NCBI GenBank assembly: GCA_964013405.1
Contig: CAXGWI010000032.1
Span: 1-27,832 of the forward strand
Direction of reading: 5' to 3'
DNA length: 27,832 nucleotides
From: an uncultured Myxococcales bacterium
GTDB taxonomy: Bacteria; Myxococcota; UBA4151
Under the pieces are notes generated by a model. The model ran no database searches, was not told the origin of the DNA, and saw nothing but the letters and a program-made list of their open reading frames with translations. The position numbers and the translations under genes were made by a program. Within the stretch, counting starts at the first letter, position 1; each line of letters opens with the position of its first letter. Positions 1 through 9,013 of this stretch are shown in pieces.

Positions 1-1422
1 AACTGCAACCCAGAGACCGTGAGTACAGACTTTGACACCGCAGATCGGCTCTATTTCGAACCGCTGACTCTTGAGAATGTTCTTGAGATCTGCCGGGTCG
101 AGAACCCCGAGGGCGTGATCGTGCAGTTTGGCGGCCAAACGCCCCTGAAGCTTGCGGTTCCCCTCGAGCAGGCCGGTGTACCCATCATCGGGACGCCCCC
201 TGATGCGATCGACCGAGCTGAGGACCGGGAGCGGGCGAACCAACTGATGGAGGCCGTTGGGGTCAAGCAGCCGCCGGCGGGTTTGGCCACCAACTTGGAG
301 GAAGCCTTAGCCGTCGTGCGTCGTCTGGGCTTCCCCGTCCTCGTTCGACCTTCCTACGTTCTGGGCGGTCGGGCCATGGAGATCGTCTTCTCCGAGGAAC
401 AACTGGCTCGCTATTTAAGAGAGGCGGTGAAGGCCAGTCCCGAACACCCGGTGTTGATCGATCGCTTTCTTGATCGGGCTGTGGAAGTGGACGTGGATGT
501 GGTCTTCGACGGGGAGCGCTGCCTTGTTGGCGGGGTCCTAGAGCATGTGGAGCAAGCAGGGGTTCACAGCGGTGATTCCGCCTGTTGTTTGCCGCCTCAC
601 ACCCTCAGCGACGACGTGATACGTCGTATCGAGGAGCAGGCTGGCGCTTTGGCTCGTGAATTGGGTGTCCGGGGCCTCATGAACGCTCAGTTTGCCGTCC
701 AAGATGACGAAGTCTACGTGATCGAAGTCAACCCCAGAGCCAGTCGGACGGTGCCTTTCGTGGCGAAAGCGACCGGGGTGCAAATCGCACGGCTCGCAGC
801 TCGGGTGATGGCCGGTGAGAAACTTGATGATCTCGACATTCCGGCGCCCAAGACGGGGCATTACGCAGTCAAGGAAGCCGTCTTTCCCTTCGATCGCTTT
901 CCAGGCGCAGACCCGCTCCTGGGACCGGAAATGCGTAGTACCGGTGAGGTGATGGGCGTGGCGGAGACCTTTGACTCCGCCTTTGCCAGAGCGACTCTTG
1001 GCGCCGGCGTCCGGTTTCGCGGCGAGCCCGCCGTTCTGCTCACCGTCCGCAACGAGGACAAAGCCCAGGCCATCGAGGTGGGGCGCTTGCTGCACTTAGC
1101 GGGTTGGCAGGTCTATGCCACCACCGGCACGACCGAGGTCCTGGCATCGGCTGGTTTGAACGCCACGGTGGTCGACCGGGTGGGTCAGGGGGATCTGGAC
1201 TGTTGCCATCTCATTCATGAGGGGCGGGTGAGTCTTGTGGTGAACACGCCGGGCAGTGTTTCGGATGCCCAGGACAGCGCGATCATCCGTAAGGAAGCCT
1301 TACGGGCTGGTGTGGCCTATTGTACGACTATCGCTGGGGCGATGGCGACGGCCCGGGGCTTGGCTGAAGGAGAAGCAGCCTTCCTGCCCGTTCGTTCCAT
1401 GCAGGCCCATTACACGGCCTAG
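1..1422 (+). CDS. carB: Carbamoyl-phosphate synthase large subunit, C-terminal half (5'-truncated by window edge)
   Basis: Frame is open from base 1 (NCNPETVSTDFDTADRLYFEPLT). Motifs VRPSYVLGGRAM, GVHSGDS, EVNPRASRT and LGPEMRSTGEVMG, plus a C-terminal MGS-like domain. Confidence 0.97.
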   Translation, partial: NCNPETVSTDFDTADRLYFEPLTLENVLEICRVENPEGVIVQFGGQTPLKLAVPLEQAGVPIIGTPPDAIDRAEDRERANQLMEAVGVKQPPAGLATNLEEALAVVRRLGFPVLVRPSYVLGGRAMEIVFSEEQLARYLREAVKASPEHPVLIDRFLDRAVEVDVDVVFDGERCLVGGVLEHVEQAGVHSGDSACCLPPHTLSDDVIRRIEEQAGALARELGVRGLMNAQFAVQDDEVYVIEVNPRASRTVPFVAKATGVQIARLAARVMAGEKLDDLDIPAPKTGHYAVKEAVFPFDRFPGADPLLGPEMRSTGEVMGVAETFDSAFARATLGAGVRFRGEPAVLLTVRNEDKAQAIEVGRLLHLAGWQVYATTGTTEVLASAGLNATVVDRVGQGDLDCCHLIHEGRVSLVVNTPGSVSDAQDSAIIRKEALRAGVAYCTTIAGAMATARGLAEGEAAFLPVRSMQAHYTA

Positions 1423-1489
1423 GCTGTTCCATTGGTGAGCAGCCCTTGCAGCCTAGCTTGCCGTCTGTTCAGATAGGGCTGGAGGGACC

Positions 1490-3511
1490 ATGGCACCCGG
1501 GCTCTTGGTGATACAATCGCTGTTGATTGCCTCCACCGCCTCCGAACAGCCCATTCTCGCGATGACCTCCCTTGAGTGCTATCCAACGGCGCTCTGCGCC
1601 GGTGACACCGAAGCGGATCGGGCCTATCTCCAAACGAAACTAGAGCAGGCCATGCTGCGGGCCACGGAAGATCGGATGCGCTTGGTGACGCCCGAAGTGG
1701 TGATGCGTCTGTTGATGGCCTCCGGTCAATCGGAGCGAGAGGCCCGGGAGACCTGTCTGAGCGCGACCTGCGCAGCCGATCTCGGCGGGGCTCTCGGTGC
1801 AGACTACATCGTTCAAGGAAGGTTGATGCGGCCGGGCAAAGGTGACTGGGAATTGGGTCTGAAGCTCTGGTCGATCGCAGGCAACAACGTGATCAGTGAC
1901 CGCTCCACCCGCTCGAAAAGCCTTCTGGGGCTCAAAAAGCGGCTCCGGTCCCTGACCCGCAAGTCCCTCAAGCCGTTGCTGAAGTCATCAAGGGGGCCGA
2001 GGCTGCGCAGCCAGCGAGGCGCCTATGATGATGAGGGAGCCAGCACTGCGCCGACGATCGATAGCGGAGCCGTCACCCGGGCGGTGGGAGGGCTTGTCGT
2101 TGTCGGCAGCCCAGCCGTGGCGAAAGTCCAGATCTTCGGTGCAAAGGAGAAGGGCTGGTCTTTGCAGGTGGGAGACTCCTTGGGAAGCCTACCCATCGGG
2201 ACGTACCGCTGGCGTGCCGAGGCACCGGGCTTCCTCGATGCCAAGGGAACCGTGAAGGTGGTTCCAGATCGCTTTGAAAGCTTACGGATTCAATTGCAGG
2301 AACCTGCGACCCTCAGCCTGAAGGGAACCCCCGTTCGGGCCAAAGCCACCCTGATCGGTCCCGACGGCCAGGAGTTGGAGCCCACCGGTTTGCCGTCGAC
2401 GCTGCGGAACCTGCCCAGCGGGCGGTATCGATTAACCGTGAGTAAGAAGGGTTACGAGACGCGAAAGAAATGGGTGGAGTTGCGCCCGGGCAAGAGGGAG
2501 GTCGTGTCTGTGCGTTTGTTCCGACGGGCCCGACTCGAGGTCGATGGTGGGCCCAAGGGGGCGAAGGTGGTCGTGGAGAGTCCCCGTTTGGGCTTTCGCC
2601 GGGAAGGGGGATTGCCCTGGCGTGCCAAGGGGCTCCGTACGGGGACTTACCAGGTCACAGTGAGTCGTTCCGGTTATCAAAGCCAGCGGCAGCGAGTCGT
2701 TTTGGTGGCCGGTGATCATCGCCAGGTGAACGTTCGATTGAAGAGGGGGAGAGACCCCGTTCACAAGCCTGGGGCGCTGCAAAGTCGTTGGGGGTATCCC
2801 ATGGTGGCGATTCAAGGGGGCAAAGTTCGGGTGGGAAGTCCCAAAGACGAGCCGGGCAGAGATTCGGATGAAACCCAGCATGAAGTGGTGTTGAGCCGGC
2901 CATTCGCCATGGGCGCAACGGAGGTGACCCAGGCCCAGTACGAGGCTTTGATGAAGACCAATCCCAGTACGTTTAAGGGGCCGAACCGGCCTGTTGAGCA
3001 GGTCAATTGGTTTGATGTGATTCGGTTTGCCAACCGGGCCAGCCAAGCCGATGGTTTGGAACCCTGTTATCACATCGATGCGCGCGGGCTGAGTTGGCCG
3101 AAAGGCCTGGCCTGCACCGGGTACCGACTGCCGACAGAGGCGGAATGGGAGGTGGTCGCTCGTGCGGGAAGCAAGCATAGCTATTCAGGCAGCGACCGGC
3201 TCGACGAAGTGGCGTGGTTTGATGGCAATTCGGGGGGAGAAACCCATCCCGTTGCGCAGAAAAAGCCCAACGCCTGGGGCTGCTACGACATGAGCGGCAA
3301 CGTCTGGGAATGGGTTTGGGATGGCTACGGGCCCTACCCAAAGGAGACGGTCAAGGATCCCGTGGGGCATCGTGGCAGTGAGGGCAAAGTGATCCGCGGC
3401 GGTTCCTGGGGCTATGGTGCGAACAATGCCCGGGTTGCGGTTCGCTTTGGTGACAAGCCGCAAAATCGCTACGCCTATCTGGGGTTCCGACTCGCTCGAA
3501 CGCTGCCGTAG
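1490..3511 (+). CDS. Probably secreted protein: N-terminal TolB_N/CsgG-like region, about 3-4 PEGA-like repeats, C-terminal FGE-sulfatase (SUMF1/C-type-lectin fold) domain
   Basis: GGAGG RBS and hydrophobic N-terminus. CxxxxC-AADLGGALGADYIVQG motif. Repeated G(T/R)YxxxxxxxG(F/Y) PEGA motifs. FGE motifs TEVTQAQY, PVEQVNW, RLPTEAEWE, PNAWGCYDMSGNVWEW, RGGSW and terminal LGFRLART. Confidence 0.88.
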   Translation: MAPGLLVIQSLLIASTASEQPILAMTSLECYPTALCAGDTEADRAYLQTKLEQAMLRATEDRMRLVTPEVVMRLLMASGQSEREARETCLSATCAADLGGALGADYIVQGRLMRPGKGDWELGLKLWSIAGNNVISDRSTRSKSLLGLKKRLRSLTRKSLKPLLKSSRGPRLRSQRGAYDDEGASTAPTIDSGAVTRAVGGLVVVGSPAVAKVQIFGAKEKGWSLQVGDSLGSLPIGTYRWRAEAPGFLDAKGTVKVVPDRFESLRIQLQEPATLSLKGTPVRAKATLIGPDGQELEPTGLPSTLRNLPSGRYRLTVSKKGYETRKKWVELRPGKREVVSVRLFRRARLEVDGGPKGAKVVVESPRLGFRREGGLPWRAKGLRTGTYQVTVSRSGYQSQRQRVVLVAGDHRQVNVRLKRGRDPVHKPGALQSRWGYPMVAIQGGKVRVGSPKDEPGRDSDETQHEVVLSRPFAMGATEVTQAQYEALMKTNPSTFKGPNRPVEQVNWFDVIRFANRASQADGLEPCYHIDARGLSWPKGLACTGYRLPTEAEWEVVARAGSKHSYSGSDRLDEVAWFDGNSGGETHPVAQKKPNAWGCYDMSGNVWEWVWDGYGPYPKETVKDPVGHRGSEGKVIRGGSWGYGANNARVAVRFGDKPQNRYAYLGFRLARTLP

Positions 3512-3632
3512 ACCCTTCGTATGGAAAAACGAGCCTTGCGTCCGTCGACACCTTGCTGCAGGACCTCGTAGTCCCGTTTGGCGAGGGCGCTGGCGCCCAT
3601 TTCCTGGGACTTTCTGAGGAGGCACTGCCATC

Positions 3633-4133
3633 ATGGCCATCGAACGCGTGCTGTTGACGAAGACCGGCTATAAACGACTCAGCGAAGAGTTGACCCACTT
3701 TCGGGGCACCGTGCGGCCAGAGGTCGTGCAGGAACTCCAAGAGGCTCGGGCCCACGGTGATTTGAGCGAGAATGCAGAGTACCACGCAGCCAAAGAGAAG
3801 CTCGGCTTTGTTGATGGGCGGATCGGCCTGTTGGAGGATGTCGTCTCGCGGGCAGATGTTTTGGATCTCGATGCCAAAGGTGAGGAGACGGTCGTTCGTT
3901 TCGGCGCCACGGTGACCCTGGTCGACATGGAGGACGACTCCGAGGCCCGCTATCAGATCGTGGGGGACATGGAGGCCGATATCGATCAGCTGCGCATCAG
4001 CACATCCAGTCCGGTTGCCCGGGCCTGTATGGGCAAAGAGGCCGGCGACTTTATCGAGGTGAAGCTCCCCGCTGGGGTACGAGACCTCGAGATCACTTCA
4101 GTCCTCTATCAAGAGGATCCGAAACTGACCTGA
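3633..4133 (+). CDS. greA: Transcription elongation factor GreA
   Basis: ARAHGDLSENAEYHAAKE, VRFGATV and ISTSSPVARA motifs; GAGGAGG RBS upstream. Confidence 0.96.
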   Translation: MAIERVLLTKTGYKRLSEELTHFRGTVRPEVVQELQEARAHGDLSENAEYHAAKEKLGFVDGRIGLLEDVVSRADVLDLDAKGEETVVRFGATVTLVDMEDDSEARYQIVGDMEADIDQLRISTSSPVARACMGKEAGDFIEVKLPAGVRDLEITSVLYQEDPKLT

Positions 4134-5146
4134 TGGCGGGTATCGCTGGCCTGCTCAAAGCCGAGCCTGAGCACTTTGTTGTCCAGGAGTTGCCTGTCCA
4201 ACCACCGAGTGGGACCGGTGACCACCTATGGATCGAAGTGGAGAAGAGGAATCTCTCAACCCCTCAGGTCATTCGCTCCCTCGCCCAGTTGACCGGCCTT
4301 GCGACACCGACGATCGGCAGCGCTGGCCGAAAAGACAAACGAGCTGTCACTCGCCAATGGTTGAGTCTTGTCCAGGACGTCCACAGCAAGCTCCCCGCCG
4401 ATGATCAGCCGGTCGAAGTGGATGATGGCTATTGGCAGATTCTTCGAAGAGCATCCCATGGCCGTCGACTGCGGACAGGCACCTTGCGGGGAAACCGATT
4501 CGAGATTTTGCTGACGGCCGTGGCGCCCAACAGTCTAGCAAGAGCCCAGGAGCTCAATGCCGAGCTTCAAGCCTTGGGATGGATGCCAAACCCCTTTGGC
4601 CCACAGCGATTTAATCGGCCCGAGTCCTTGGTGCGTGCCCGGCTGCTGCTGGCTCGAGGTCACCGGGGTAGGAACCATCGAGATCGGTTTGATTATTCAG
4701 TACTTCAGGCGGCATTCTTCAATCATTACTTGAATATAAGGAATTGGCCGGAGCCCTTGATTGTGGCGGACGAATGGTACCAGACCGAGCGGGGCGGCAT
4801 GTTTACTGATTCTGATGAGGAGTCGGTTTCTAAGCGACTGAAAAATCTCGAGATACTTCCGTGCGGACCACTACCAGGAGGCAAGTTGCGTTCACCGGGA
4901 GCGGCGGCCCTGCGGTGGATGGATGAGGTGGGGGAAATTCTTGGCACGGGGACTGAGCCTTGGCGGGGTCTCGGCAAGAAGATTCCCGGGACCTGGCGTC
5001 CTATGGTGATCCGGGCACCCGCGGTGGAGATCGCGGCGGAGGACCGAGGGCTTTGGCTCCGTTTTGACCTCCCGGCGGGCAGCTATGCCACGGTGCTGCT
5101 GAATTATTTCCAGGCCGGGGAGTGGGACCTGCCGTGCCCCGTGTGA
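4133..5146 (+). CDS. truD: tRNA pseudouridine(13) synthase TruD
   Basis: PEHFVVQE, AGRKDKRAVTRQW (catalytic Asp), GNRFEI, PNPFGPQRF and LPAGSYAT motifs; TGATG overlap with greA. Confidence 0.93.
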   Translation: MAGIAGLLKAEPEHFVVQELPVQPPSGTGDHLWIEVEKRNLSTPQVIRSLAQLTGLATPTIGSAGRKDKRAVTRQWLSLVQDVHSKLPADDQPVEVDDGYWQILRRASHGRRLRTGTLRGNRFEILLTAVAPNSLARAQELNAELQALGWMPNPFGPQRFNRPESLVRARLLLARGHRGRNHRDRFDYSVLQAAFFNHYLNIRNWPEPLIVADEWYQTERGGMFTDSDEESVSKRLKNLEILPCGPLPGGKLRSPGAAALRWMDEVGEILGTGTEPWRGLGKKIPGTWRPMVIRAPAVEIAAEDRGLWLRFDLPAGSYATVLLNYFQAGEWDLPCPV

Positions 5147-5952
5147 GGCTCCAACCCGGCCGGGTTGAAGTCGGCCTGGCGCAGGCTGTTGCTTTGTCCC
5201 GACGAGTGGCCGTGACCTGGTTGCGGGAAGGTCGTGTCCAGTTGGACGGGCGGCGGTTGCGAAAGGGAGAACGTCTGCCGGGGGAGGTGGAGGTGTCGCT
5301 GAGCCTGGACGGTGCCCTTGGCCAATGGATCCCGCCGGCTGACTCGCCCCTTCCGTTGTTGGCCTCCGGCGCGGGCTGGCTCAGTGTGAACAAGCCCGCA
5401 GGTGTGCATAGCCATTTGCACATGCCCTTCGAGCAGGGCACCGCACTCAATAGCCTCGTGGCCCACCAGGAGCACGTGGCCCAAACCGGGGACGACCCAC
5501 TGCAGGGGGGACTCGTTCATCGCTTAGATCGGGATGCTTCCGGTGTGCTTCTCGCCGCTTGTGACCAGGCGGTCTGGCGGGATCTTCGTCGGGCCTTCGC
5601 CGCTGGGGAGGTTGAGCGGATCTATCGGGCTCGGGTTGATGGTCAGCCGAGGGCCTCGGCTTGTGAAGCCCCTCTGCTCGCCGCCGGTGATCACGTCCGC
5701 GTAGGCGATGGGGGGCGTCCCTGCCGAACCCGGTGGCAGCCCCTCGATGATGCAGGCCTTCTTGAGGTGGAATTGCTCACAGGGCATCGACACCAGATCC
5801 GGGTGCACCTGGCGCACATGGGCTCGCCGATCGAGGGGGATTCCATGTATCATCCAGATGGGGAGGGGCCGCTGAAGCTCCACTGCCACCGCCTGCGCTG
5901 GGCTGGGGGTGAGGTGGTGGCGGCACCGCCACCGGACTTGGAGCCGCGATGA
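5143..5952 (+). CDS. RluA/RluD-family pseudouridine synthase with S4-like N-terminus
   Basis: VNKPAG, VHRLDRDASG, TGHRHQIRVH, GDSMY and LH motifs. GTG at 5143 gives a GTGA overlap with truD; the ORF track starts at 5122. Confidence 0.9.
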   Translation: MRLQPGRVEVGLAQAVALSRRVAVTWLREGRVQLDGRRLRKGERLPGEVEVSLSLDGALGQWIPPADSPLPLLASGAGWLSVNKPAGVHSHLHMPFEQGTALNSLVAHQEHVAQTGDDPLQGGLVHRLDRDASGVLLAACDQAVWRDLRRAFAAGEVERIYRARVDGQPRASACEAPLLAAGDHVRVGDGGRPCRTRWQPLDDAGLLEVELLTGHRHQIRVHLAHMGSPIEGDSMYHPDGEGPLKLHCHRLRWAGGEVVAAPPPDLEPR

Positions 5953-6926
5953 TGGGAAGAGTTCTATTTTTGCTGTTGGCCGTCGCCTGTGTGGGGACGA
6001 CGCAGACCCCGCCTCCACCGCCGGAAGCGGAGCCCAACAAACCAACGGTGAGCGATGCCGGACCTGGGCCGGCCCGCCCAGCGGTCGCACCGACCCGATT
6101 GGAACTTCGCCCCGAGCAGGACGTGATCGCGATCGGTGATCTCCATGGGGATCTGCGGGCGGCGATCGGTGCCTTGCGGGTGGCTGGTGTGATCGACACC
6201 AACCGGCGCTGGATTGGTGGCGACACCGTTGTCGTCCAAGTGGGCGACCAGCTGGACCGGGGGGACGATGAGCGGGCCATCCTCGACTACTTCGAAACCT
6301 TGTCCGATGAGGCCCACAGGGCCGGAGGTGGCTTCTATCCCCTTTTGGGCAACCATGAGACCATGAACGTCGGTCTCGACTTTCGCTATGTGACGCCGGG
6401 GGGATGGACCGACTTCGACGATGTGGTCGAGGGGGGTGATGATCGCATGACTCGGGCCTTTGAAGAGGCCCATCGAGGGCGAGTGAGAGCCTTTCGGCCC
6501 GGCGGGCCCTATGCTCGGATCCTGGCGGGACACAATGCGATCATGGTGGTTGGCGGGACCGTGTTCGCCCATGGTGGCGTGCTGCCGGCCCATCTCACCA
6601 ATGGCCTGCAGAACATGAACCAAGAGATCCAGGCCTGGATGCGTGGGGAACTGCCCCGGCCCGCTTTTCTGTCCGGGGATGACTCCATGGTCTGGAGTCG
6701 CCACTTCTCGGCCGATGTCGATGAGCAGGACTGCCAACTACTCGATCAGGTGCTGAGCGGGCTCGAAGTCGAGCGGATGGTGGTGGCCCATACGGTGCAG
6801 CCTCAGGGGATCAATGCGGCCTGCGGCGATAAGGTTTGGCGTGTGGATGTGGGCATGAGTGCCCACTACGGGGGTTCGGTGCAGGTGCTTAGAATCCGGG
6901 ACGGGCGCGTCGAGGTGTTACGCTAG
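5949..6926 (+). CDS. Metallophosphoesterase of the Shewanella-like phosphatase (Shelph/SLP) type, predicted lipoprotein
   Basis: GDLHGD, GDQLDRG, GNHE, HGG, HT and RVDVG motifs; lipobox LAVAC followed by a Pro-rich linker; ATGA overlap with the upstream gene. Confidence 0.88.
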   Translation: MMGRVLFLLLAVACVGTTQTPPPPPEAEPNKPTVSDAGPGPARPAVAPTRLELRPEQDVIAIGDLHGDLRAAIGALRVAGVIDTNRRWIGGDTVVVQVGDQLDRGDDERAILDYFETLSDEAHRAGGGFYPLLGNHETMNVGLDFRYVTPGGWTDFDDVVEGGDDRMTRAFEEAHRGRVRAFRPGGPYARILAGHNAIMVVGGTVFAHGGVLPAHLTNGLQNMNQEIQAWMRGELPRPAFLSGDDSMVWSRHFSADVDEQDCQLLDQVLSGLEVERMVVAHTVQPQGINAACGDKVWRVDVGMSAHYGGSVQVLRIRDGRVEVLR

Positions 6927-7012
6927 TCTCCTTGGCTCGATCCGACGAGGGCCGGGGGAAGGATCTGACGAGTGTTACCGGCTGGTCTGCCCCTCTGTGC
7001 GTTGGTTTTGCC

Positions 7013-7041
7013 TTGACGATCTTGGGCTAGGCGTCCATACG
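7013..7041 (+). promoter_or_regulatory. Possible sigma70-type promoter for rpsA
   Basis: TTGACG at 7013-7018, 17 nt spacer, weak -10 (CATACG), in the intergenic gap upstream of rpsA. Confidence 0.3.
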
Positions 7042-7163
7042 CCCGCCCGCAGTCGCTCCTGTCGGTGACCATCACTCATGAAACGGTGTCGGGACAGGCC
7101 GTCACCCCCAGATCCCTGGGATTTATTCTGGGGTTAGATTCCGGCTCGGCCGGAGAGGTAAGT

Positions 7164-8927
7164 ATGAGCGAGATTGTTCACTCCACGGATGAAGGCGGCT
7201 CCCTCCTAGAGGATGGCCTGTCCTTCGCAGATCTTTTGGCTGAGGTTGAGGCTCAGCATGACCAGATTCAGGAAGGCCAACTGGTCAAGGGGACCGTCGT
7301 CGCCATCAAGGGCGAGCACGTCCTCGTCGATGTCGGCTACAAGAGCGAGGGAGCGATTCCCCTCTACGAGTTCCGCAACGAAGAAGAGGAAGCTTACGGT
7401 GTTGGCGCTGAAGTGACCGTCTACATCGAGCGGGCCGAAAATGATCAGGGTTATATCGACGTCTCCAAGGAGAAGGCGGATCGCCTTCGTGTCTGGGACG
7501 AAATCGCTGAGGCCTATGAGAACGACGAGGTCGTCAAGGGAACCATCGTCGCCCGGGTGAAGGGTGGCCTGCACGTGGACATCGGTGTGAAGGCCTTCTT
7601 GCCTGGCTCCCAGGTGGATCTTCGCCCCGTTCGTAACCTCGACCGCATGGTCGGTGAGGAATACGAGTTCAAGATCATCAAGTTTAACCGTCGCCGGCCT
7701 AACATTGTGTTAAGTCGCCGGGCCCTCCTCGAGCGTGAGCGCGAGGCCTTGAAGACAGACACCATGGATCGTCTCGATGCTGGTGCCGAACTCAAGGGTA
7801 TCATCAAGAACCTGACCGATTACGGTGCCTTTGTGGATCTCGGTGGGATCGACGGCCTGCTGCACATCACCGACATGAGTTGGGGCCGGATCAACCATCC
7901 CAGCCAGTTGTTCAATGTGGGCGACGAGGTGGACGTGATTGTGCTGCGCTACGACCAGGAGACCGAGCGCGTGTCCCTGGGTGTCAAGCAACTGACCGCC
8001 GACCCGTGGGATGAAGCCAAGGACAAGTACCCCCTCGGCAGCCACGTGAGTGGCAAGGTCGTCAGCATGACCGACTACGGTGCCTTCATCGAGATCGAGC
8101 CCGGCGTCGAAGGTTTGGTCCACGTGACCGAAATGAGCTGGACCCGCCGGATCAAGCATCCCAGCCGCATGGTCGCCATTGGTGATGATGTAGACGCGAT
8201 GGTTCTGGACATCGACCTTGAGAACAAGCGGATCTCCCTCGGCATGAAGCAGATGGAAGAGAACCCCTGGCAGAGCCTGACGGAACGTTACCCCGTGGGT
8301 ACCGTGATTCAGGGGCGGGTCCGCAACATCACCGAGTTCGGCGTGTTTGTGGGCGTGGAAGAGGGCATCGACGGCCTCGTTCACATCTCCGACTTGAGTT
8401 GGACCCACCGGGTGAAGCATCCCTCCGAACTCTTCGATAAGGGTGACGAAGTGGAAGCTGTGGTGCTCGACATCGACAGCGAGAACGAGCGCTTTAGCTT
8501 GGGCATCAAGCAGTTGAATCCCGATCCGTGGAGCGACCTCGCCGAGCGCTACCCCCGTGGTGCCAAGGTTGAGGGCAGCGTGAAGAAGTTGACCGATTAC
8601 GGTGCCTTCATCGAGATCGATTCGGGCATCGAAGGTCTCTGCCACGTGAGCGAGATCTCCGAAGACCGGGTTGAGAAGCCCGCCGACGTGTTGCGGCTTG
8701 GCCAAGCTGTTGAGGTGCTCGTCATCGACGTGGACTCGGCCGAGCGGCGCATCGGTCTTTCGATCCGTGCGGTGAGCCGGGCTGAGGACGGCACCGATTA
8801 CCGGGCCTACTTGGCCGGTGGTCATCAGGACGCGACTCGGACCACGGAGACTGAGGAAGATGCCGGCACAACGCTGGGCGAAGCCTTCGGCGATGTTTTC
8901 GGCAAGTTGCAGGGTGAAGACGACTAG
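7164..8927 (+). CDS. rpsA: 30S ribosomal protein S1
   Basis: VDVGYKSEG, AFLPGSQVD and repeated S1 motifs (DYGAFVDLGGIDGLLHITD etc.). ATG 7164 follows a GGAGAGG RBS; the ORF-track start at 7065 is probably too long. Confidence 0.97.
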   Translation: MSEIVHSTDEGGSLLEDGLSFADLLAEVEAQHDQIQEGQLVKGTVVAIKGEHVLVDVGYKSEGAIPLYEFRNEEEEAYGVGAEVTVYIERAENDQGYIDVSKEKADRLRVWDEIAEAYENDEVVKGTIVARVKGGLHVDIGVKAFLPGSQVDLRPVRNLDRMVGEEYEFKIIKFNRRRPNIVLSRRALLEREREALKTDTMDRLDAGAELKGIIKNLTDYGAFVDLGGIDGLLHITDMSWGRINHPSQLFNVGDEVDVIVLRYDQETERVSLGVKQLTADPWDEAKDKYPLGSHVSGKVVSMTDYGAFIEIEPGVEGLVHVTEMSWTRRIKHPSRMVAIGDDVDAMVLDIDLENKRISLGMKQMEENPWQSLTERYPVGTVIQGRVRNITEFGVFVGVEEGIDGLVHISDLSWTHRVKHPSELFDKGDEVEAVVLDIDSENERFSLGIKQLNPDPWSDLAERYPRGAKVEGSVKKLTDYGAFIEIDSGIEGLCHVSEISEDRVEKPADVLRLGQAVEVLVIDVDSAERRIGLSIRAVSRAEDGTDYRAYLAGGHQDATRTTETEEDAGTTLGEAFGDVFGKLQGEDD

Positions 8928-8947
8928 TTCGACCCATCCTGGCTCGT

Positions 8948-8984
8948 GAAGAGGGGGTGACTTCGGTCGCCCTTTCTTCTTTTT
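8948..8984 (+). terminator. Rho-independent terminator after rpsA
   Basis: 14-bp stem GAAGAGGGGGTGAC / GTCGCCCTTTCTTC (3 G-U pairs) with a cUUCGg loop, followed by TTTTT. Confidence 0.85.
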
Positions 8985-9013
8985 GGCGCGGGGGTCGGCC
9001 TTGGGGAGACCGG

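Noticed and set aside
7710..8825. 371-aa ORF antisense to rpsA, and similar shadow ORFs opposite ftsH, hflK/hflC and the phosphatase
   Set aside because: Shadow frames expected in GC-rich biased genes; they fully overlap well-supported CDSs.
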